A stretch of DNA of 64,000 nt from the human T2T-CHM13v2.0 reference genome, Homo sapiens. This document shows, one piece after another, positions 53,958-64,000 of the stretch. How positions within the stretch are numbered: the first letter of the stretch is position 1; each line of letters starts with the position of its first letter. Below the pieces are notes generated by a model. It was not told the origin of the DNA, did not search any database, and was given only the letters and a program-made list of their open reading frames with translations. Location of the stretch: assembly GCF_009914755.1 (NCBI RefSeq), contig NC_060935.1. The stretch is one strand, 5' to 3'. Both the position numbers and the translations under genes were made by a program.

Positions 53958-54289
53958 CACCACAGACATATTGAGGAAACAAGTTTTAGAAGATTAATTC
54001 TTCAATTGCAAAAGGGTATCTTTTGAAAATCAACAGCTACCATCATACTTCATAATGAAACATTAGAGACAATCCATTAAAAAAAGACTCATGTTGACTG
54101 TCTTCTCTGTCTAATGGGTTGTTGCTTAACCCTATTCTTTTATAATCAGAAAATAAAATAAAGAGGAGAAGAACAGAGGTGAAGAAAGGAGAGGAAAACA
54201 GTAATATCAATAGAGCTGATAAAAGAATAACTTTAAATTGTATTCAAGTTACTTGGTGTAAACAAATTATATCCAGAGTATAGGGAAAA

Positions 54290-55720
54290 ATGGTAAAATC
54301 AATTGGGAAACCAATTGTGATGTACTTTGAGGATTGGGGTCATGCCAGAGGCTGCTTGAGACAGACAAAAGCTGTCTAATTATTTAATACAGAGAAAAGA
54401 CACATTTCAGACTACAGACTAGGGTTATTGATAGTAATCCCTGGAAATTAAAATAAAATAATGATATGAGTGCTTAGCATAGGAGACATCTGAATTGAAT
54501 TTGAATTTTATAAGATTACTAAGAATTTTTAGATTGTTAAGAAATTAAGTTATACCAAATTCAAGTCATTAAAAAATACAGGATTAAAAACGTAGCTAAT
54601 ACAATAATGCTTTAGATTTTAGATTATTTTCACTTGCAACTAGAATTTTAGCAAAACTTACTTTGATATCCTTTTGGATATCAATATAAGAATATATGGT
54701 ATATGAAATACAGTGTTGATATCTTTTTTAATAATATGGCAAGTATGGGCTAGGGATTGTAGGGTTTGGGTTGGTTGAGCAACCATATCCAAACGAGGTT
54801 GTACATGGTTGAAGCAGCAGAAGAGTTTAAGTTTGGGAGCCAGATGGACCTACATGACCATACTAGTTACATTTGTGAACCTTGGACACGTTGCATCATT
54901 CTTGTCAAACCTCAGTTTTGTCATCTTTCAGTGTGGATAGTTATGTTAGGTGGAAATAACGAAGATTAAAGTGAGCTCGTGGAAACTGCCTGAGACAGTG
55001 TCTGGTGAGCAGCGACACATGCCAGAAAAGCTTCTGTTGTCTTTGTGGCTATCTTAGGTGTCTTGAACAGAAGATTGTAGGGGCTTGTCAAAAGACTCTG
55101 CTGCTGTCTGTGTTGTTCACCATTATTTGTAAAATCATAGAAAATATTTAAAACGTGGTTCTGATTCAGATAAATCAAAGCAGGAATAAATCAATTTCTG
55201 GATAAGAGAATTAAAACTCTAAAAGGTCTTGACAAGTTGGACAAATAACACAGGATGAAGTTTAAATATATAAGTACATTTTCTGTATTTTTTAAAATGA
55301 GCTCCATTAAATACAGAGTAGGGGAAATACAGCTTAACAACCATCCATCGGTGGAAAAGAAAGAATATTTACATTTAGATGACTTTAACTGTGGGATAAA
55401 GCTGACAGTGTGATACGACTCCTAAAATGTGGGTTGTGCTAATAGCTGTAGACACAAAGTAGTGTTCTGTGCTTGTTAGACAAAAGAGCTTTTTTTCTAA
55501 GTCTTAGGCACCAAGGAAAACAATTAGAGTTGGAGAATTAGAATAGTTAAGGCTGCAAAATAATGTTGAAGAAATTATAAAGCAAAGCAATACAGTTATC
55601 TTTAAGAATCTGAAATGTTCTCATGAGAAACAGAAAATAGAGATTCTCTTCTCTCTTCAGGAGGTAGGACCATGTACAAAGGAAGGAAGTTCAAAAGAGA
55701 AAAAAGAATATTCATCTCAG
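54290..55720 (+). mobile_element. L3/CR1 LINE remnant with a MIR inserted at ~54810-55020
   Basis: gaattttagcaaaacttactttgatatccttttgga; aaaaggtcttgacaagttgga...caggatgaagtttaa; cagttatctttaagaatctgaaatgttctcatg. Confidence 0.6.
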
Positions 55721-58261
55721 TTAAGAGATTAGAGAAAGAATGAGAAGGAATTGACATTTCACTTGCTGAACTTATATTATATACAATATATTATACAGTT
55801 TTTATACTCATTTATACCTTACTTTCCAATAGTTAATGTTTTCCAAATACACTCTTGTCATTCTTCTAGCAAAAGCCCAGAAAGTATTTTATAGGGAGTC
55901 CCATGGAAGATAAGATTTGATATCCTCTGTGGCTTCTTCAAATACTAATAGTTTATGATTTGCTAGCTAGCAGTAATACACCAGGGAATGAGGCTGGGAC
56001 AGAGGCTGGGATATCTCTCAAGGCTCCTTAATATAATATGGCTGTAATCATAAAGAACAAGAAGGAGTGAAACATTTTCTTTTTCTCTAGCAAATTAAAA
56101 CTCTGCTCCCTATTATATTTAATATAAATAAAAATTTAATCTGCTTAGCTCTTGAAAAAGGATCGCATATGTAGTGATTTGTATTTAACTGGAGCTCACA
56201 TCAAATTCAATATTATTTTCACAGGTCAAGTTAGTACAGTTGGCTGTCTGAGGCTGGGCCTAAGCACAAAATATCCAATGAAGATTTGGAGCATCATTAA
56301 TTAATTCAGATTATCTTCATCTGTGGTCTAAAATAGCTAGACATCGAGGTATTCTTGAGTTTGTGGTCTGCTTTATCTATATGTAACATAGAAAAAAAAA
56401 ACAATTAAGAACATTATAATAAACAATTGCCATTTTGGCTCCTAGCAGGGTGGTATTTCCTAAGATGATCACCTTTTGTTTAACAAAATATCTTGATCAG
56501 CCTCAGCTCCTAAAGAAGACGATGAAATGAAAAAAAAAAGTTAATTTACATTGCATGAAAGGTAACATTTATTTGAGAAAACCAGATGTAAGGACAGGGG
56601 AGGTCTTCTGAAAAAAAGAAACAGGTCTAAGCAACTTAAATTCAGGTATATATGAGATTAAGTTCATAAAGAATTGATGGGCATTGAGAATCTTCTGGTG
56701 GCAGTGATGGCTTAGGCAAGTTTAGGAACATATATGTCTACTGCACTTAATTTTAAAATTATGTCTGCTTAGTGCTGCAGTGTAATAGCTATTGGCTATA
56801 CTTAACTGCCTTGTGAGAATAGAGTTTCAGGAAATAAAGGGATAAGGGGCTGCGTTGGTGTATGAATTATCACCGGGCAACAAGAAGAGGACAGTCGTGA
56901 AAGAAGAGATGTAAGTTCAATGGGAATAGTCAATTAAAAAATACAGATAACCATGAGAAGGTACATTTCAGATGTGTGCAAAAATCTCAGAGAGGATACT
57001 GGACTTCTTATTAAAGATGAGAGTAGTGGTTGAAGTTAATTTTGTGTAAGTCTCAAAGGACAGACGACCTCAGCTGACATGTAGATTGACTATATAATTG
57101 CCTCAATTCTCTTCTTTCACTCTGTTTTTGTAGAAACATCTTGAAAGTCAAGCTTGTGGAACAATTACAAGCATGTTCTTGTTATTCATAAAGCTCAGCC
57201 TTTTTCTTGTTTTCACTGAAAGCCCAAATCCACTGTTTCATGTTGAAAGTAGAAAAGATAATACGCCTATCGGATGCATTTTTGCTTCCAAATGAACTTA
57301 TTGGATTTGACCCTTATATACCATGAGATTGTTTGGAACGGGTTTCATAAATTGAAACAGTTTAATTTTTAATATGTTCCCATTAGTAAAAAGCTAGAGA
57401 GAGTCAAAACACACAGTTATAAAAAGCCAAAGCAAGATTCACGCTACTACCCCAAAGATTTCCCTGAGGTTTCTAATTGGTAGTTAAATACAGTTTCCAA
57501 ACAGAAACCAGGTAGAAATCCTACAGAAAAGTGGCCTCACAACTTCCCATGGGCCAGGCTGTCTGATCCCTCCTTGTCTGCCATCTGGCAAGCTCCAACT
57601 TCAGCAGATAGACCATATATCGGTAAACTTCCTTCCTCTGTTTTCTTTATTGATCAAGTACAACAGCAGAGAAACACGTTTCCAAATTAAAGAAAGATGG
57701 AATTGACACCCTAACAGCCTTAGAATAGTTTCTGCTTTACTAGATTCTGAACTATTTTTTTCCCTTAAGTTATTTGAATGTGAGCCGAGGTGTGAACAAG
57801 GCAGGAGTGAGAATCAATAATTAAGCCCGTTCTCTTTATACCCACTATGCTGGGAAATCCATTTCTTTTTCTCAGCCTGATTATTATTTAGCATTTTTCC
57901 AATATCCTCAAGCGAGGTCTCCAAAGAAGTAAAATAAAACTGCAGTAAAATGAAACAAAAACACAGATAAGAACAATCCACTTTATCGTCTTGGAGTGGT
58001 CAAATCCTGGGGGAGGAGACTGGTGCAGCATAAAAGGAGAGGCATTTTGTTCTGTTTTCTTAGGATGTGAAATGTCTTACTCTATCCCATGGGGCCACTG
58101 TCTTGTGTGATTGCTGAAAAAACTGCTGAAAAAAGAGGCTCCATAGAGATGTCTATTCCAGTTTCTCCAGTCTACCTTGCACATCCATAATTTCCCCCAG
58201 AAATGGTGAGTATTTCTACCTCTGGTTGACTAGAGAGAAGGTGATAGCAAATAAGAAATGA

Positions 58262-58589
<328 letters not shown>

Positions 58590-59149
58590 CTACGTCACAA
58601 AACCTTGCTGACAAACTTTCCAAGGAATCTGTTATGGATGATGTAACAGTGTTCTTAAAAACAAAAGGCAAATCATGACCTCAGAAAGATGTGATGCTTT
58701 CTTATACCTGCATGGCTGGGGAATGAGATATACCTGGAGCTCAAATCTGAGTTTGCTGGTCTCAAGTTGGTTGCCTTAATGCAGTGTGGGGAAATTGGTC
58801 CCAGCTGAAGATAAACCCTGCTTTCAATGTTTCTGTTTTCATTATTTCTCCCCAGAAGATTGCAAATCATCAAAAAAAAATGCCTCCCACAGTGACTTCC
58901 TGGCCCCTGATCTTGTTCCACTACAGCCACAGGTATTTAATGGTTCTGTACTGGTGGCCAAGCATGAATAGATATTTTGTTCCAAGAAGAAATGGGGCCA
59001 TTCTTTATGTAATCCAGCTGTTGGTTGAGGTCATGTTATCCTTTAAGGCTGAGTAATGTCCTTGTAAAGCTTTTCACACTTGATGCTTAAAACCTCCTTG
59101 ACCTGTGTTTTTGCTTTCTTGTCTCTCATTATGTCTCTATCTACCTGAA

Positions 59150-60410
59150 ATTTGGCTTCCAGCCTATAAAAAGTAAGTCAGCAGCATCCTGCATGGTTTA
59201 ATACTATATGGTTTCTCTTAACTCTCTAGTGAACTTTCCTGGCTCTTCTTACCACCCCAGTCATCACTCAACCTATGTTGTTGACTCCTTCTCCCATTAA
59301 AATCCATATGATTTAGGTGTTTGTTCAATCTTTCTTCCTCTTATTCTATCCATTTTCAGGATGATCTCTTTCATTTCCACTTCATTTATTGATTGATTTA
59401 CTTATTTAACTGTAGCCTCTATGTGAGAGGACAGGAGCTCCTCCTTTCACATCAGGCTTGGGCTTCTGACTGGCATTTCCACCTAATCCGTGCCTAAAAC
59501 TAAACCTGTTCCAATCAAACTCATCTTTTTCAGCATCTATTTCAATGCCACCTAACACAATTAGGGACATCACAAGTTGCCATTGCTCAGTCTCGATATC
59601 CTAAAATATCTTAGACCCTTCCTCTTCTCATCCAGCCAAAGATAGGCTGGCACAAAACCTGGCAACGCCTCTTTTGCAATACTTTTCACACTTTCCCTTC
59701 CTGCCCACTCCTAATGACAATTCCCTAATTAAGGATGATTTGGTCTCATGTGAACTGTTTAGAGAACCTTCCAACTGGTCCCTTAATTTTGAGTCCTCTG
59801 GTCTTTCTTATAATTTGTTCTTCACACTGCCACAAAGTTTGCCTGAAAAATGTTCTGAGCACACTATTTGCCCATTCCAAGCCTTTACTGTTCACCAATC
59901 ATACTCACAAGAAAGATTAGACTTCTTATCTTGTCATTCACATCAGACCATCACTGACAATCTTCATCCCATTCTTTCCCTGCAGCCAGGCCAAACTACT
60001 GACTCATTCCCAAACCCACTCTGCCTTCTTTGACTTCCGTGCTGTAGCTCACTGTTGCCTCTGCCTGAACTCTGCTCTTGCCTCTAATTGTTCAACTCAA
60101 TCACTCCTTCCCAAAAAGTCCCTACATCTTTCCAATTAGAAATCATCTCTTCTTTTTATAAAAACCTATACATTTTGTTATTATGTCTGAAATAGCATAT
60201 ACTAAAACCTGAATTGTATAATTTTTTTATTTCACAGAACACTTTAAAATTTACAAAATTTGAATCTGCCATTTCATGGACTGTATCTTTCTCACTCTTC
60301 TGTGACTCTCTTTGAGGGTCAGAGATTTTTGATTATTCGCAATTGTATCCCCTAATTTTCTAACAGCCTATCTTTTATGAAGTAGGTAGCAGTAAATCAT
60401 TGTGGGTTAA
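59150..60410 (+). mobile_element. Decayed L2 (L2c-like) fragments
   Basis: Pyrimidine-rich L2 motifs: ggcatttccacc...ctaaaactaaacc; ttcacactgccacaaagtttgcctgaaaa; ctgtgactctctttgagggtcagagatt. Confidence 0.55.
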
Positions 60411-60959
60411 TAGAAGTTTTAAGTTTTAACTCCTTTTTTTTTTCACCCAATCCAACATTTCTTTTGCATAGCTCAATGCTTCGATTATTGTTTGCGACTT
60501 CCAGTTTTTCTCTTGTTTCTTATGCCCCCAAATATAAGACATATTTCATTTTTGTGAGCCAAATATGGGTATTTTTCGTGAGTCAAATATGAATATAGGA
60601 GTTTTGTGTGTGATGAGCATTAGTATTAAAAATATTGACAATGATTATAGATACTAGAGAAATTTTTTAAACAGGTTGATTAGAAAAGTAATACTAATTC
60701 AGTCATTTAAATGGACTGCATACCATGGAAACCAATACTAATGTTTTATAACAGTAATGCATGTTAAATTAACTTTGTTATACATTTTACTTAATATAAT
60801 TTTCTTGACAGCACTGCTAAAATATTTATATGTATTTAATTGTTTCAATTTTTGCATGGTTGTCTATTCAGAATTTTAAAAGAAATAGATGAATTTTTTC
60901 TTAGCACGAACGTCAGTATTGTTAGTTTTACCTGAGGTATAAATAAGAGATGTAATCAT

Positions 60960-63900
60960 TAAAGAGATTGTAATGTCACTTCAAAAATAAACACGCTGTA
61001 AAATTAACTTCTGTGAGAAGCTCTATGAATTTTAACACAAGTATAGATTTAAGTATCTGCCTCTACAATCAGGATACAAAACAGTTACATCAATTAAGAA
61101 ACAAAATTCCTTGTGCTGTCCTTTCGTAATCTGCCTCTTGCCCTATGCAATCACTTGCATATTTTCACTCCCCATAGTTTTGCCTTTTCCAAGGTATCAT
61201 CTAAATGGAATCATACAGTATACAACCTTTTGAGGCTAGATCTTTTCACTTAGATTCATCAAACTCTGTGTGTTGATAGTCACTTCCTTTTTACTTCTGA
61301 GTATTATTCCATTAAAAATGGTTCCATTTATTCACCCATTGAAGGACATTTGGGTTGTTTCCAGTTTCTAGCAATTATGAATAAGCTACTATAAACAGTT
61401 ATGTACAAGTTGATTGTTGAATGTGTAAACATAAGTTTTAATTTTTTTTTAAGTTTTAAGGATTAAATACACTGTGTTTTTATCCTTAAAAATTAATATA
61501 AGTCAGGTAATAGAGTAATTCTATATTTATAAGAAACTGCCAAATTTTTCCAGAGTGGTTATATCATTTTGTATACCCACCAACATATATGAGAGTTCTC
61601 ATTGTTCTGCATCATCACCAATACTTGCTTTTTAATTATTTATTCTAATAAATGTATATTAGCATTGCATAATGGTTTTAATTTGTCTAATGATGTTGAG
61701 CATCTATTAATGTTCTTCTTTTTCACTCACGTATCTTCTATGGTGAAGTGCCTGATTAAATCTTTTGCCCAATTTTTAAAACTAGGTTTTTGAAAAATTA
61801 GTACCCTGCTGTTTTGATTACTATAGCTTTGTAGTATATTTTGCATTAGATAGTGTGATGTCTCCAGCTTTGTCCTTTTTGCCTGATTGCTCTGGTTAGG
61901 ACTTCCAGTATTTATGTTGAATATAAGTAGCAAGAATAGGCTTCCTTATCTTGTTCCTGAAATTAGAGAAAAAGCTTTCAGCTTTTCACCATAGAGCACA
62001 ATCTTAGTTGTTGATTTTTCATATATGGCCTTCATTGTGTTGAGGTACATTCCTTCTATACCTAATTTATTGAGAGTTTTTATCATAAAAGGATGTTGAG
62101 TTTTGTCAAACACTTTTTCTGCATCTGTTGAGATAATCCTATGGTTTCTGTCCATTCTGCTAATGTGATGTATCACATATATAGATTTGTGTATTTTAAA
62201 CCATTCTTACATCCCTGGGATAAATTTCATTTAATCTTAGAGATTCAGGTTTGTTCGTATTTTGTTGAGGATTTTTGCATCTATGCTCAGGAATATTGGC
62301 TTGTTCTTTTCTTATAGTGTCCTTTTTTGGCTTTGGTATCAGGGTATTATTAGCCTTGTAAAATGAGTTTAGAAGTATTTCTTCTCTTTAATTTTTGGGA
62401 GAGTTTGAAAAAAATTTATATTAGTTCTTCTTTAAATGTTTGGTAGTATTCAGCAATGAAGAGCTGAAATCTTGGGCTTTTCTTTGATTGGAGATTTTTT
62501 AATGCTGGTTCAATCTCCTTACTTATTTTTGGTTATTACATTAACTGTAATGTACATTTTGAGAATTTAAAATAAGAAAATTAGTCTGTTATATATATTC
62601 AGATATTTAAAATTTCTATTGTTCTTCCTCATTCTTAAAATGCCAAGTTTCTCTCTAACAGCATTTCCCTTCTACTTGAATTTTCTTTAATAGCTCTTTC
62701 AGAAGTTGTCAGTTGGTAATGATTCTCTTGATTTTCTTTCATCCTAGAATTTCTTGACTTTGACTTTATCTCTGAATAGAAATAGAATAACTGAATATAG
62801 AATTATGGGTTGACAGTTCTTTGCTTTCAGCACTTAAAACATATTGTTCCATTATTTTTTGGTCTCGATTATTCATGAAAAATCTGCAGTCATTTGAATT
62901 TAGTGCAATCAATTAAAGGTGTACCCTTATATGTAACATGTTGGTTTTATCTGGTTGCTTTTTAGAGTTTTTACTTATCTTTTATTTTAGCACTTTGATT
63001 GCAATATATCCAGGCATGCATTGCTCTGAAGGTGTCCCATTTGCAGTTTGTTGGGCTTCTTTTTCTGCCAGTTTGTCTTTCAACAAATTTTAAAAAGTGT
63101 TTAGTCATTATTTCCTAAAATATCTTTTCTGTACCAAAACCTTTCTTCTCATCTTCTGGAATTCTGATAACATAAGTGTTAGCTCTTTTTATATTGTCTC
63201 ACAGGTACCTAAGGCTTTATTCCTTAAATACAAAATCACTCTATTTTTTAACACTTGAAAGATTGGAAAATTTATAATTGCTCTATTGTCAAGTTCACTT
63301 ACTCTTTCATCTGTAGTTTCCATTCTGCTATTAAGTCAATCCACTGAATTTTATCTCAATTATTATATTTTTAACTCTAAAATTTTCACTTGATTCTATT
63401 TTATAGCTTCTATTTCTTGCTGCTGAGACTTCCTATCATTTAGATTGTTTCAATAGTATTTATTTTTACTTTGTCATGGTTATAAAAACTACTTTAAAAC
63501 TTTTAATCAGATAATTTCAACAGCTGTTTCAAATTATCTGATAAAATGTGGTTGGTTTCTGCTATTGTCTTTTACTTTAAGAATTGTTAAATTTTCTTGG
63601 TTTCTTTGTATGTTTTGTGATTTTTGTATTGGATACTAGATGTTTGTAAAAATATGTTGTGTAAATCTGAGTCTTTTGCAAGTCTTATGGAGATTGTGTT
63701 TTTGGTTTTTATTTTTTATCCATCAACCAATCTGGTTCGGTTCAAATCAAAAATTCAAACTCACCTTCCATGGACTACAGCTCTAATGTAAGTTTTGTTT
63801 TCAAAGGCTTTGGAGTGTTATTTGTATCTGTACAATATCTGCACCTTCCAAGAGCAATCTGAAATCTGAGCAGTGGCACAGTTCAGGTTTTTTGAGAGCC

Positions 63901-64000
63901 TACTCAGGCACATTTATGGACATATCCTTGCATGAGCAGGTTGAGATGAATCCAGGATTTTCTATTTTTCAAGCTCTGCACTCTCTGCTATCTCACTCAC
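60960..64000 (-). mobile_element. Old L1 (L1MD-like), internally deleted, running to the window end
   Basis: 3' UTR ctctatgaattttaacacaagtatagatt...caatcaggatacaaaacagtt; ORF2 remnants (minus-strand ORF 61946-62176 [21 protein letters not shown]); ORF1/5'-like sequence after ~62550. Confidence 0.75.

Larger units (their letters stand above)
49930..54100 (+). mobile_element. Very old L1 (HAL1/L1ME/L1M5-like) fragments with nested repeats
   Basis: A-rich; ORF1-like coiled-coil peptide (EQMVEDISQNLEQ) near 50030; ORF2-like aatattaatgcaaaactc...ttagcaaatcaaatccaa...caccatgacca at 53520-53640. Confidence 0.5.

Noticed and set aside
54300-54317. caattgg-gaaa-ccaattg hairpin with a GNRA loop (also the 22-bp palindrome at 30066-30087)
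   Set aside because: Stems this short are expected by chance in 64 kb
60549-60595. Short tandem duplication ttttgtgagccaaatatg / tttcgtgagtcaaatatg
   Set aside because: Ordinary two-copy slippage duplication; not an array

Overview
Non-coding hominid genomic DNA, most likely human, judged from AluY/S/J elements and an L1PA2-type insertion. I cannot place it on a chromosome or assign it to a gene. I find no convincing host protein-coding exon, RNA gene or CpG island. The longer ORFs come from L1 ORF2, the THE1 internal ORF, Alus or simple repeats. A large part of the window is transposable elements. These include 11 Alus, a 1.9-kb young L1PA2, a ~5.9-kb L1PB4-type element, a full two-LTR THE1 provirus, MST/MLT1 LTRs, and MIR, L2, L3, old L1M and DNA-transposon remnants. 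Subfamily names are from remembered consensus motifs, and boundaries of old repeats are approximate. I see no evidence for a new gene system; the best signals are structural. (1) The L1PA2 has no target-site duplication (TSD) and fuses a truncated MLT1 LTR to the middle of an older L1 5' region, which suggests an L1 insertion-mediated deletion. (2) Several short, locally copied duplications and fold-back palindromes sit inside old repeats and look like fossil repair or template-switch scars. (3) An intact THE1 provirus holds a closely spaced inverted Alu pair. (4) A ~320-bp TTC-rich polypyrimidine tract directly follows the 3' end of a MIR.
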